Source: an uncultured bacterium
GTDB lineage: Bacteria > Macinerneyibacteriota > Macinerneyibacteria > Macinerneyibacteriales > DSCS01
Reading direction: 5' to 3'
Length of the DNA stretch: 64,000 nucleotides
Assembly: GCA_964574875.1 (NCBI GenBank)
Contig: CAZNOX010000001.1
Coordinates: 11,352-75,351 of the forward strand
The translations under genes were made by a program, and so were the position numbers. A model generated the notes under the pieces. The model ran no database searches. It saw only the letters and a program-made list of their open reading frames with translations, and had not been told where the DNA came from. The first letter of the stretch is position 1. Each line of letters begins with the position of its first letter. Below, in pieces: positions 9,233 to 17,687 of this stretch.

Positions 9233-9685
9233 TTAAAGCTTTTCCTTGACTTCGTGCAATCTGTAAAAGTGCGTCTCTTCCATCTTGATGAGCTTCTCGA
9301 GAAGAGAGGGATCCCCGTATCCCGTGTGGGCCATCCGTTTGTAGAAGAGGATGGTATCCAGCTCCCGGCGTATGGCAAAATTGATAAGATCCTCAGCGGT
9401 CTCGATGTGGCTGATCTCCGTGAGGAGACGTTCCGGGTCGAAAAGTCCCGCCTCGTCTTCTTCACGAGACTCAGAAAGGCCGTCAGCGCTCTTCTCTTTT
9501 CCCTTCAGAGAGAGAAACATCTCTTTATGTTTCATCTCTTCATCAGCAAGGGAAAGGAAAAGGCTTTTGAGCTCCCTGTCAGAAGACCGCTCTGCCAGGG
9601 CCCGGTACATCCGGTCCCCGCTCTCTTCGATAAGAGAGGCATAGCGCACTAATTCTTCACTATTTTTGACTTCAGGTATTTTCAT
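9233..9685 (-). CDS. Ferritin-like diiron domain protein (rubrerythrin family, no rubredoxin domain)
   Basis: 150 aa with ExxH-type helices (DEEMKHKEMF, ...KMEETHFYRL). Confidence 0.65.
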   Translation of the reverse strand: MKIPEVKNSEELVRYASLIEESGDRMYRALAERSSDRELKSLFLSLADEEMKHKEMFLSLKGKEKSADGLSESREEDEAGLFDPERLLTEISHIETAEDLINFAIRRELDTILFYKRMAHTGYGDPSLLEKLIKMEETHFYRLHEVKEKL

Positions 9686-9712
9686 AAAAAGTGTAGCGGG
9701 GGCCTCCCCCCG
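9686..9712 (-). terminator. GC-rich hairpin plus T5 between the rubredoxin and ferritin-like genes (possible attenuator or partial terminator)
   Basis: Minus strand: GCGGGGGGAGGCCCCCGC, then TACACTTTTT, then directly the ATG of the next gene. Confidence 0.45.
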
Positions 9713-9717
9713 CAGGT

Positions 9718-9882
9718 TTATTCTTCGACCTCTTCAAACATATCCTTGCTCACACCGCAGACAGGGCAGACCCAATCCTCGGGAATCGCTTCAAAGGCTG
9801 TCCCGGGTTCGATCCCTCCGTCAGGGTCTCCCTGGGCCGGGTCATAGATATAACCGCAGATGGTACATCTGTACTTTTTCAC
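9718..9882 (-). CDS. Rubredoxin (54 aa, GTG start; below the ORF-track length cut-off)
   Basis: Hand translation gives [54 protein letters not shown], with two CxxCG knuckles. A GGAGG SD lies 6 nt upstream. Confidence 0.8.
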   Translation of the reverse strand: MKKYRCTICGYIYDPAQGDPDGGIEPGTAFEAIPEDWVCPVCGVSKDMFEEVEE

Positions 9883-9899
9883 ACGCCACCTCCTTTTCG

Positions 9900-11060
9900 T
9901 TAGATCCGTTCTTCCAAATCCTCTTTTATGTGTTTCAACTGCGTCTCATCAGGGACATAGTTGATCCTGAAAGAATCCATGAGTGTCATCCCGGCGGCTT
10001 CCAGCTCTTTTTCCACAAGGGCGACACTCTGGCCTCCCCATCCGTAAGAACCGAAGGCCAAAGCCTCTCTTCCCCCCGGCGAGAGCCCTTTGAGATAGGT
10101 GAGAAAGGCCGCCACTGTGGGAAGCATATTGTTGTTGAGCGTGGGCGAACCCACACAGAGGATCCGTGTGTCCAGAAGCTCTGTCATGATGTCCGAGATG
10201 TGGTTGTCCTGAAGGCTCATGAGACGGACGGTGTACCCTTTGGCTTCGAAAGCCGAGGCGATGGCGTAAGCCATCTTCTCCGTGGACTTCCACATGGTGT
10301 CATAGACCACCACCGCCTTTTTCGACGTCTCCAGAGACGACCACTTCTGATAAAGATCCGCGATCTCCTTGACACGTGACCGGAGGACCAGGCCGTGGCT
10401 CGGAGCGATCATCTCAAAATCCAGGGCAGACGCCGCTTCCAGCTCTTTTCTCACCTGGGCGCTGTAGGGCCAGACGATATTGGCGTAATATTTCGCCGCT
10501 TCTTCCCAGATGATATCGGCGGGATACTCGTCGTCGAACCGTTCCGACGAAGCGATATGCTGTCCGAAGGAGTCGTTGGAAAAGAGGATCTTCTCTTCGG
10601 GGCAGTAAGTGACCATATTGTCGGGCCAGTGGACCATGGGAGTGAGGAGGAAGGCAAGAGAGCGTTTTCCCAGAGAGAGGGTATCCCCGGCTTTGACTTC
10701 TGTGAAGTCCCAGGCCTTTCGGTAATGGGCTTTCAGCCCCTTGACGCCGTTGGGTGAAGCGTAGATCCGGGCCGAGGGACAGGCCTGCATCACTTTGGGC
10801 AGGCTTCCCGAATGGTCCATCTCCACATGGTTGGAGATGACGATGTCGATCTTCGCAGGATCGATGACTTTGCTGATCCGCTCCATCATCTCGTCATAAA
10901 GGTACTCTTTGACGGTATCAATAAGGGTGATCTTCTCATCAATGATCAGATAAGCATTGTAAGTGGATCCCCGGCCGGTGGAATATCCGTGAAAGTTCCT
11001 CAGTTTCCAGTCGATCCCTCCGACCCAGTAGACCCCTTCTTTCAGCTTGACCGGCTCCAT
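9900..11060 (-). CDS. fprA: Flavodiiron protein (FprA-type rubredoxin:oxygen/NO oxidoreductase)
   Basis: 386 aa with a metallo-beta-lactamase-like domain carrying HVEMDHSG, plus a C-terminal flavodoxin-like domain. Confidence 0.85.
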   Translation of the reverse strand: MEPVKLKEGVYWVGGIDWKLRNFHGYSTGRGSTYNAYLIIDEKITLIDTVKEYLYDEMMERISKVIDPAKIDIVISNHVEMDHSGSLPKVMQACPSARIYASPNGVKGLKAHYRKAWDFTEVKAGDTLSLGKRSLAFLLTPMVHWPDNMVTYCPEEKILFSNDSFGQHIASSERFDDEYPADIIWEEAAKYYANIVWPYSAQVRKELEAASALDFEMIAPSHGLVLRSRVKEIADLYQKWSSLETSKKAVVVYDTMWKSTEKMAYAIASAFEAKGYTVRLMSLQDNHISDIMTELLDTRILCVGSPTLNNNMLPTVAAFLTYLKGLSPGGREALAFGSYGWGGQSVALVEKELEAAGMTLMDSFRINYVPDETQLKHIKEDLEERI

Positions 11061-11078
11061 GTTCCTCCTTTTGTATTA

Positions 11079-11129
11079 TTACCATCATTGTAACGATTAC
11101 AGTTTAACACGGCCGTTATAAAATGTCAA
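11079..11129 (-). promoter_or_regulatory. Promoter of the fprA-rd-dfx-ftn-rbr operon (TTGACA -35) with downstream near-palindromic candidate PerR operators
   Basis: Minus strand: TTGACA-N17-TAAACT, followed by TGTAATCGTTACA (5-3-5 inverted repeat) and TTACAATGATGGTAA, between the promoter and the GGAGG SD. Confidence 0.45.
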
Positions 11130-11139
11130 ATATGAACTT

Positions 11140-11541
11140 TTATTTTGTCCGGCACGCTTTACAGATTCCCTGGAGGTAGACCTGGGCCTTATCAACTTGA
11201 AAGCCTGAAGGCACCTTTCCGTCGCTGCAGGCGACAGGAGGGATATCGTAAATGATTCCGCAACGCAGGCAGAAAAAGTGGGAATGAGGATGCTCCGTGA
11301 GGTCATAACGTGTCTCGGCCGTATCTGTGAGCATGGGAAAGAGAAGCCCCTTCTCCACAAACAGGGTGACATTGTTGTAGACCGTGGTCCTGGAGAGTGT
11401 GGGAGCCTTTTTTTTCAGGGCCGAATAGATCATATCCACGTTGGGATGATTCCGCTCACGAAGGATGTACTGGTAGATCAGCAGACGCTGCATGGAGGGC
11501 GTGATCCCGTGTTCTGTGAACTTCTTTTTAATATCCAGCAT
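11140..11541 (-). CDS. perR: Fur family peroxide-responsive repressor (PerR-like)
   Basis: Fur-family fold with HPHSHFFCLRCG and CKAC metal sites. It sits next to the oxidative-stress operon. The start is at MLDIKKK with a GAGGAG SD. Confidence 0.75.
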   Translation of the reverse strand: MLDIKKKFTEHGITPSMQRLLIYQYILRERNHPNVDMIYSALKKKAPTLSRTTVYNNVTLFVEKGLLFPMLTDTAETRYDLTEHPHSHFFCLRCGIIYDIPPVACSDGKVPSGFQVDKAQVYLQGICKACRTK

Positions 11542-11560
11542 GACACAACTCCTCAAGTTT

Positions 11561-11592
11561 CCTTATTATAAGGACACTCTCATATATTTCAA
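11561..11592 (-). promoter_or_regulatory. perR promoter (TTGAAA-N16-TATAAT) with a perfect 13-bp palindrome CCTTATAATAAGG over the -10 (autoregulatory Per-box candidate)
   Basis: Read directly on the minus strand. The palindrome is centred on the -10 hexamer, about 20 nt upstream of the perR ATG. Confidence 0.5.
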
Positions 11593-11641
11593 CACTAAAT
11601 TTGAATATTGAAATCTTTCCGGCCCGGGGGCGCCGGGGCCC

Positions 11642-12367
11642 CTATCGGACAGGAGCCCCGGCGGCAACGAGGAAAAAGACCACAAAAAGGACGGCCAGGA
11701 CGATGAGGAAGAAAAACGTCCCGAAAATCACAAGGAGAGCCTTCCCCACGGAGATGTGGTGACGCTGGGAGAGGCCCATGGCCTGGAGGGCCAGGGACCA
11801 GACTCCGGAAAGAAGGCTTCCGATAAAGGGGATCACATAGAGGATCCCGGCTGTCTGGGAGAAGAAGATGACCCGAAGTGTGGTGACATACCCCCTCTGC
11901 CCTTCTCCGAAGAGGAGGAGCATGAGGTGATAGAGCCCGGCTGTAATAAAGGGGCTCACCGCTCCCAGGAGAAGGGAAAAAAAGAGGAGAAACGGAAGCA
12001 TGGCAGGTGTAAAGGGATTATGCTCGGCTCCCCCGAAGGGCCCCATGGAGGGGAGCAGGGCTGACATGGAACTGGAGAGGACCGTCTGCCAGAAAAGGTA
12101 GGCGATGACGCTGATGAGGCTCAGAACCATGTAGTAGATAAAGGGCCCCTTGATCTCCCCGGATTCTTTCAGTGTGGAGAAGAAGGTGTTGGGCGCTGTC
12201 ATGACCTCCCGGATGGTCCCCACGATCCTCTCTCCCCAGGAGAGGGAAAGATCGTCAAAACTGTTCATTCCGGCTGTCCCGGCTGAGACCTCCTGGTCTT
12301 TACCGCAGGAAGGACACACGGTCTCGCTGTCCTGCATCATGGTGTCACAAAATCGGCACTTTTTCAT
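11642..12367 (-). CDS. Yip1 family membrane protein with an N-terminal zinc ribbon
   Basis: 241 aa with CRFCDT...CPSCG at the N-terminus, then five TM segments. Confidence 0.65.
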   Translation of the reverse strand: MKKCRFCDTMMQDSETVCPSCGKDQEVSAGTAGMNSFDDLSLSWGERIVGTIREVMTAPNTFFSTLKESGEIKGPFIYYMVLSLISVIAYLFWQTVLSSSMSALLPSMGPFGGAEHNPFTPAMLPFLLFFSLLLGAVSPFITAGLYHLMLLLFGEGQRGYVTTLRVIFFSQTAGILYVIPFIGSLLSGVWSLALQAMGLSQRHHISVGKALLVIFGTFFFLIVLAVLFVVFFLVAAGAPVR

Positions 12368-13170
12368 ACCGCCCTCCTTGCTTCATTGATCATATCCTTG
12401 TATTGCATGGCTTCACGCCTTGCCTTTTCTCCAAAATCGGCATCTTTCCCGGCAAAGATCACGCTCCGGGAGACATTGATGACCATATTTCCCTCTTTTC
12501 CGCTATAACCTGCGGCAATCGTCCTCTTCAAGTCACCGCCCTGGGTTCCGATGCCGGGGATCAGGAAGACTTCTTTTGTGGCGATCTTCCTCATGCGCTT
12601 CAACTCTCCGGGTTTTGTCGCGCCGGCCACGAGTCCCAGGCGGTGTCCGAACTCTTCGTTCCACCGGACTGTCTTTCGGGCGATCTTCTTATAGAGGCCT
12701 CCGGTATATTCAAAATCCCTGGCGGAATCATTGGAGGTGAGGCCCAGAAGAAAGAGATACGCTCCGTCATAGCGGATGAAGGGTTCGATGGTGTCCCGGC
12801 CCATGAGGGGGTTGATGGTGGCCGCATCAAACGAGTTGGCTTCGAAGAGGGCCCGGGCGTAGTGTGACGCTGTGTTCCCGATATCTCCCCTTTTCACATC
12901 AGCGATGAGGGGGATCTCTCCGGCCATGCCGGCCAGGGCTTCCCACGCTTCAAGCCCCATTCTGCCTGCCGATTCGTAAAAGGCGGCATTGGGTTTATAA
13001 GCACAGACCAGGTCCCTTGTGGCCTCGATGATCTCCCTGTTAAAGGCGAGGATGGGGTTTTTCTCTTTTTTCAGACAATCAGGGATCCGTGCCGGGTCGC
13101 TGTCCAATCCCACACAGAGGAGGGAATCGTTCTCCCGGACGGCTCTGTTATACTTTTCAAGAAATGTCAT
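12364..13170 (-). CDS. pyrF: Orotidine 5'-phosphate decarboxylase (type 2)
   Basis: 268 aa with conserved DxKxxDI (IADVKRGDIGNT) and the pyr operon context. Confidence 0.85.
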   Translation of the reverse strand: MTFLEKYNRAVRENDSLLCVGLDSDPARIPDCLKKEKNPILAFNREIIEATRDLVCAYKPNAAFYESAGRMGLEAWEALAGMAGEIPLIADVKRGDIGNTASHYARALFEANSFDAATINPLMGRDTIEPFIRYDGAYLFLLGLTSNDSARDFEYTGGLYKKIARKTVRWNEEFGHRLGLVAGATKPGELKRMRKIATKEVFLIPGIGTQGGDLKRTIAAGYSGKEGNMVINVSRSVIFAGKDADFGEKARREAMQYKDMINEARRAV

Positions 13171-14090
13171 GTCATCTCCTTTATCGCTATTCCTGTGAGG
13201 TCACTGACCGAGGCGAACCCGTTTTCATCACAGAATGTCTCCAGCCCCCGGATCACACGAAGAGGCAGGTCCGGAGTCCGGAAAAGCCCGGTCCCGATCT
13301 GAACGCCGGAGGCTCCGGCCATGAAAAACTCAACGGCGTCCCGGGCCGAGACGATCCCTCCGGAGGCGAGGATCACGGACCGGGGAAAAGCCTTTTTCAC
13401 CTGGTAGACCATGCGGAGAGCCACGGGTTTCACAGCAGGCCCGGAGAGGCCCGCAAAGACATTGTGGATCGCCGGAGCTCTTTTTTCCACATCGATGGCC
13501 ATCCCCAGGAGGGTATTGGCCACGGTGAGAGCATCGGCCCCGTTTTCCAGGGCCGCACCGGCCATTTCGGTGATATCGGTGACATTCGGGGAAAGTTTGA
13601 CGATGAGGGGCTTGTGGAGAACATCCCGGCACATCCGCGTGATCTCGGCCACAGACCGGCTCCGGATGCCGAAGGCCATCCCCCCCTCTTTGACATTGGG
13701 GCAGGAGACATTGAGCTCCACAGCAGCGATTCCCCGAGCTTCATTGCACATCCCGGCCATTTCGGCGAACTCCTCTGCACTGTGTCCGGCGATATTTGCG
13801 ATGACACAGACGTTTTTCCGGGCCAGTTCAGGAAGTTTTTCGCTGATAAAGGGTCCGATCCCCATATTCTGCAGTCCTACGCTGTTCAGCAGTCCGGCGG
13901 GAGTCTCCATGAGACGGGGCGGGGCATTGCCTTCACGGGGCTCGCGGGTGAGCCCTTTGCTGCAGACGCCTCCCAAAAGAGCCGGATCGAAGATCTCCTC
14001 ATATTCGTCACCGTATCCGAAGGTCCCCGATGCGGTGAAAACAGGGTTTTGAAAGACTTTTTTCCCGATTGTCAGCGTCATTCCCGCCAC
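13167..14090 (-). CDS. pyrD: Dihydroorotate dehydrogenase, catalytic subunit (class 1B)
   Basis: TIM-barrel DHOD motifs (NPVFTASG, ...GGIVSARDA). A GTG start with an AGGAG SD is likely. Confidence 0.85.
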   Translation of the reverse strand: MAGMTLTIGKKVFQNPVFTASGTFGYGDEYEEIFDPALLGGVCSKGLTREPREGNAPPRLMETPAGLLNSVGLQNMGIGPFISEKLPELARKNVCVIANIAGHSAEEFAEMAGMCNEARGIAAVELNVSCPNVKEGGMAFGIRSRSVAEITRMCRDVLHKPLIVKLSPNVTDITEMAGAALENGADALTVANTLLGMAIDVEKRAPAIHNVFAGLSGPAVKPVALRMVYQVKKAFPRSVILASGGIVSARDAVEFFMAGASGVQIGTGLFRTPDLPLRVIRGLETFCDENGFASVSDLTGIAIKEMT

Positions 14091-14851
14091 GGCAGCTCCT
14101 CTCCTGAAAAGACAGGCCCGTCCTTGCAGACAAGCTGATGTCCGGAGGCCGTCTGCACCACGCAGCCCAGACAGGCCCCTGCCCCGCAGGCCATCCGCTC
14201 TTCCAGGGAGTGCCAGCTCTCCATGCCGCGCTCACGGCAGATGCGCTCAGCGGCTTTCATCAGGGGAAGCGGGCCGCAGGTATGGACGGCTGTCTTCGCC
14301 GGGTACTCCGCCAGAAGAGAGGTGGGATAACCCTTATGGCCCCGGCTTCCGTCTTCGGTAAAGAGGACCAGGGTCTCCTTTTCCTTCAGGATCCCCCCGT
14401 GGTCATAAGGGGTGAGGTAATCCTCTTTTTCACAGGGGAAGCCCGCATGGAGGACCGCCTTTTTTTTCATCTCCAAAAGCGTTCTCAAAAGATAGACCAG
14501 AGGGGCCGCTCCGATCCCGCCGCCGATGAGAAGATGAGACTCCCTCTCCAGAGAAAAGCCCCGTCCCAGGGGTCCCATGAGGCTCACACTCTCGCCTTTT
14601 TTTTTGCCCGAGAGGATGGCTGTCCCCTTTCCCACGACTTTATAAAAGAAGAAGAGGGTCCCCCCTCTCACATCCCCGATGCTCACAGGACGCCTGAGAA
14701 GAGGGTCCAGCTGCTCCGAGACAAGAATATTGAAAAACTGCCCCGGATGGGTCAGGGAGGCCAGCTCGGGATCAGAGACACTGAGAAGGAAGACTGTCTC
14801 TGTGAGCCGGATGTTCTCTTTGATCTCCACCTTTTTGACTTTCATAACCAC
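14078..14851 (-). CDS. pyrK: Dihydroorotate dehydrogenase electron-transfer subunit
   Basis: FAD/NAD-binding fold plus a C-terminal 2Fe-2S cysteine cluster (CGAGACLGC...C). Confidence 0.8.
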   Translation of the reverse strand: MVMKVKKVEIKENIRLTETVFLLSVSDPELASLTHPGQFFNILVSEQLDPLLRRPVSIGDVRGGTLFFFYKVVGKGTAILSGKKKGESVSLMGPLGRGFSLERESHLLIGGGIGAAPLVYLLRTLLEMKKKAVLHAGFPCEKEDYLTPYDHGGILKEKETLVLFTEDGSRGHKGYPTSLLAEYPAKTAVHTCGPLPLMKAAERICRERGMESWHSLEERMACGAGACLGCVVQTASGHQLVCKDGPVFSGEELPWRE

Positions 14852-16125
14852 GCATCCTTTTCGATATCGTATACCCTCTCTCTCATCATGGTGAACCGGG
14901 GTACGCCCCTGAGCGGAATCCCTGTAAAAGGCGTGTTTTTCCCCTTTGTCCGCAGAGAGTCGGCTGTGAGTCTCCTTTCGGCATTTAAATCGACGATGGT
15001 GAGCCAGGCTTCGCGTCCCGCTTCAATGCGCCCCCGGCCAGGAAGGGCAAGGATCCGGGCGGGATTGGACGAGAGAAGCTGCGCGATCCGGTACAGCGGC
15101 ACACCTTTCCCGTAATGGAGATATTCCACCACAAGGGGGATGAGTGTCTCAAATCCCGTGATCCCGAAAGGCGCTTTGAGAAACCCTTGCTTCTTCTCTT
15201 CGGCGGGATGAGGGGCATGATCCGTGGCAATGGCGTCCACCGTTCCGTCCATGACACCCCGGATGAGAGCCTCACGGTCCCTTTTCGTGCGCAAAGGCGG
15301 GCTCATCTTGTAGTTTGCATCATCTCCGGGGATATCGGTATCACACAAAAAGAGATGATGAGGCGTGACTTCGCACGTCACGTTTTTTGAAACTTTTTTG
15401 AACCGCCGGATGAGGTCCAGGCTCTCTTCAGTGGAGACATGGCAGAAATGAAGCCTGTTCCCCTCGAGAAGAGCCAGTGCCCCGTCCCGATAAGTCCTGA
15501 TATCTTCAACACCTCCGGGCAGGCCCGGCAAACCCAGAGCCCGGCTCTTCTCCCCTTCGTGAAGGACCCCGTCCCTGCGGAGGGAGAGGTCTTCTGCGTG
15601 GGACAGATAGACAAGCCCTTTTGCACGGCAGGCCCGGAAAATATCCCTGAGTAGCCCCGAGTCATCCACACTGATCCCGTCATCGGAGACAGCAGTGAGG
15701 GCATCGACCGAGGGGAATGCGGAGATCTCTTTTCCCGCCAGGTTCCGTGTCCCGGCGAAAGCCTGGATCACTTCACAGGAGGCGTGATCAGCGGCTGCGG
15801 CCATGATCGCTTCATAGACCGCCGGAGAATCACAGGGCGGACGGGTATTGGCCATGGCCACGATGGTCGTGATCCCTCCTGCTGCGGCTGCACGTGTCCC
15901 GCTGAGAATATTTTCGGGATTGTGGCCGGGTTCGCGCAGATGGGCATGAAGGTCGATGACTCCCGGAAAGGCCGTGAGGCCCCGGGCGTCGATCTCTGCA
16001 GATCCTCCGGGAGCCTTTCCCCGGGGATAGATCCCGGCGATCCGCCCTCCTTTGACAGCCACATCGCCACTGATCTCCGGCCCATCGGGGCCCACGATGG
16101 TCAGATGTCGAAAAACAATATCCAT
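14842..16125 (-). CDS. pyrC: Dihydroorotase
   Basis: Amidohydrolase motifs (DLHAHLREPG, ...DHAPH). The start is placed at MDIVFRH (16125). The track ORF begins at an upstream ATG. Confidence 0.8.
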   Translation of the reverse strand: MDIVFRHLTIVGPDGPEISGDVAVKGGRIAGIYPRGKAPGGSAEIDARGLTAFPGVIDLHAHLREPGHNPENILSGTRAAAAGGITTIVAMANTRPPCDSPAVYEAIMAAAADHASCEVIQAFAGTRNLAGKEISAFPSVDALTAVSDDGISVDDSGLLRDIFRACRAKGLVYLSHAEDLSLRRDGVLHEGEKSRALGLPGLPGGVEDIRTYRDGALALLEGNRLHFCHVSTEESLDLIRRFKKVSKNVTCEVTPHHLFLCDTDIPGDDANYKMSPPLRTKRDREALIRGVMDGTVDAIATDHAPHPAEEKKQGFLKAPFGITGFETLIPLVVEYLHYGKGVPLYRIAQLLSSNPARILALPGRGRIEAGREAWLTIVDLNAERRLTADSLRTKGKNTPFTGIPLRGVPRFTMMRERVYDIEKDAWL

Positions 16126-16170
16126 ATTCGCCTCTTTTTGAACCATTTTACAAGGGAATCCCCTGCGGGG

Positions 16171-16204
16171 CAACACAAAAAGGACCGTCTCTCAGAGAAC
16201 GGTT
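16171..16204 (-). terminator. Rho-independent terminator after lnt (end of the pilM-lnt operon)
   Basis: Minus strand: AACCGTTCTCTGAGAGACGGTCC hairpin, followed by TTTTTGTGTT. Confidence 0.55.
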
Positions 16205-17687
16205 ATTCCAGCGGAGCTCTTTTTCGGCGCAGAAAGAGATAGAGAGGCGGAAGGAATGAGAGGCCCAGAAGCAGAAGGAAAAGGAGTTGTCCGTGGCGTG
16301 CGTAGAACGAGGGCTGTCTCCTGGGATAAAGCGATCCTTCCAGGACTGTCCGCTGCTCCATCTCCGTCTCCCGGACCACCCGTCCCGTGTTGTCAATGAT
16401 GGCGGAGATCCCGGAATTAGCGCATTGGGCCACCCAGGTCTGCTGTTCGATGGCTCTGAGGCGAGTCATCTGAAGGTGATGGCGGGGCGCAGGCGTCCCC
16501 TGGAACCAGCCGTCGTTGGTGCTCACCACGAGAAACTCACTCCCCTGCCGCATGAGAGTGTTGACAAACCCGCTGAAGATGGATTCAAAACAGATCACTC
16601 CGCTGAACCGGAGGTCCCCCAGTTCAAAGGGCTCTGTCCGCTCTCCCCGGGTGAGGGTATACTGGATGGGATAGAGGTCCATGAGGAAAGAAGTGAGCTT
16701 GGGAAAAGGAAGGAACTCGGCCACAGGGAGAAGCTGGATCTTATCATACCGGTTGTAGTGTCCCATATGGTCCACGAGAAAAAGGGAGTTGTAGACCCCG
16801 TTCCGGTCATAATGGGTGCTCCCCACAAGGTGGGCACTTGTCCCCTTCTGACTCTTGATGATCTCCACGAGCGTCTCTTTTTCAGGCTCGTACCAGAGGA
16901 TCCCCGATGAGAAGGCGGTCTCGGGCCAGATGACAAGATCGGCATGCCCGCTCACCCGGGACGCCAGCTCCTTATAGATCGTCATATTGTTCATAATAAA
17001 AGCTTCATCCCATTTGGCATAGAGATCGATGGAGGGTTGGATCAGCGCCACGTTCACCCGTTTCCCCCGGGTGTCGGGCCCCGACGCGGCAAAATGAGAC
17101 GCCAGGAGGAGAAAAAGAAGAGCCGCCGCCGCTTTGACATATCCTTTTTTTCGTTCCAGGAGAGCTTTGGCTGCAAGAAAATTGATGAGAAGGATCACCA
17201 GGGTCAGCAGGTGCACCCCGCCCCACTGGGCCGCTGAGGCTGCAGGGAGAAAGGTCACTGCGGCGTTTCCGGGCTCGTTCCAGGGATAACCCAGGGATCC
17301 CGTCCCCTTCCCCCACTCGATGAGGGCCCAGATCCCGGGAAGCAGAAAGAGCCCCCCGGGGACCCGGCGCAAAAGGCGTGCTGCAGGCCGGAGAAGGGCC
17401 ACAGCCAGGATCAGATAGAGGATGACAAGAAAGATCCCCAGGACGGTAAAGCGGTAGATCCAGTAGATATTGGGAAGAAAGAAGAAGAATCCGTAGACGG
17501 CAAGGCTTAAAAACCACTTTCCCCTGGTCATCTCACTCATGAGAATAAGGAAAAAGGGGACATAGGCCACAAGAGAGACCCAGAAGCCCGCAAAAGGCGT
17601 AAAGAGAAGACATCCCGCCGCCAGGCCGCCCAGAGCAAGAAGAAGAAGGGTCAGCCGGGTCACGGGAGGCTTGCTGAAATCGATCAT
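16203..17687 (-). CDS. lnt: Apolipoprotein N-acyltransferase
   Basis: 494 aa with an N-terminal polytopic domain and a C-terminal CN-hydrolase domain (E...K...C triad region). Confidence 0.85.
   Translation of the reverse strand: MIDFSKPPVTRLTLLLLALGGLAAGCLLFTPFAGFWVSLVAYVPFFLILMSEMTRGKWFLSLAVYGFFFFLPNIYWIYRFTVLGIFLVILYLILAVALLRPAARLLRRVPGGLFLLPGIWALIEWGKGTGSLGYPWNEPGNAAVTFLPAASAAQWGGVHLLTLVILLINFLAAKALLERKKGYVKAAAALLFLLLASHFAASGPDTRGKRVNVALIQPSIDLYAKWDEAFIMNNMTIYKELASRVSGHADLVIWPETAFSSGILWYEPEKETLVEIIKSQKGTSAHLVGSTHYDRNGVYNSLFLVDHMGHYNRYDKIQLLPVAEFLPFPKLTSFLMDLYPIQYTLTRGERTEPFELGDLRFSGVICFESIFSGFVNTLMRQGSEFLVVSTNDGWFQGTPAPRHHLQMTRLRAIEQQTWVAQCANSGISAIIDNTGRVVRETEMEQRTVLEGSLYPRRQPSFYARHGQLLFLLLLGLSFLPPLYLFLRRKRAPLE

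Noticed and set aside
11615-11641. GC-rich hairpin (GGCCC...GGGCC) downstream of the Yip1 gene as an intrinsic terminator
   Set aside because: The stem is imperfect and the following U-run is weak (AAAGATTT). It may help end the pyr-yip1 transcript before perR but is not convincing enough to list as a feature.
13089-14138. 349-aa plus-strand ORF overlapping pyrD and pyrK
   Set aside because: Codon-phase antisense artefact. pyrD and pyrK on the minus strand have clear catalytic motifs. The plus-frame product is G/P/H-rich nonsense.
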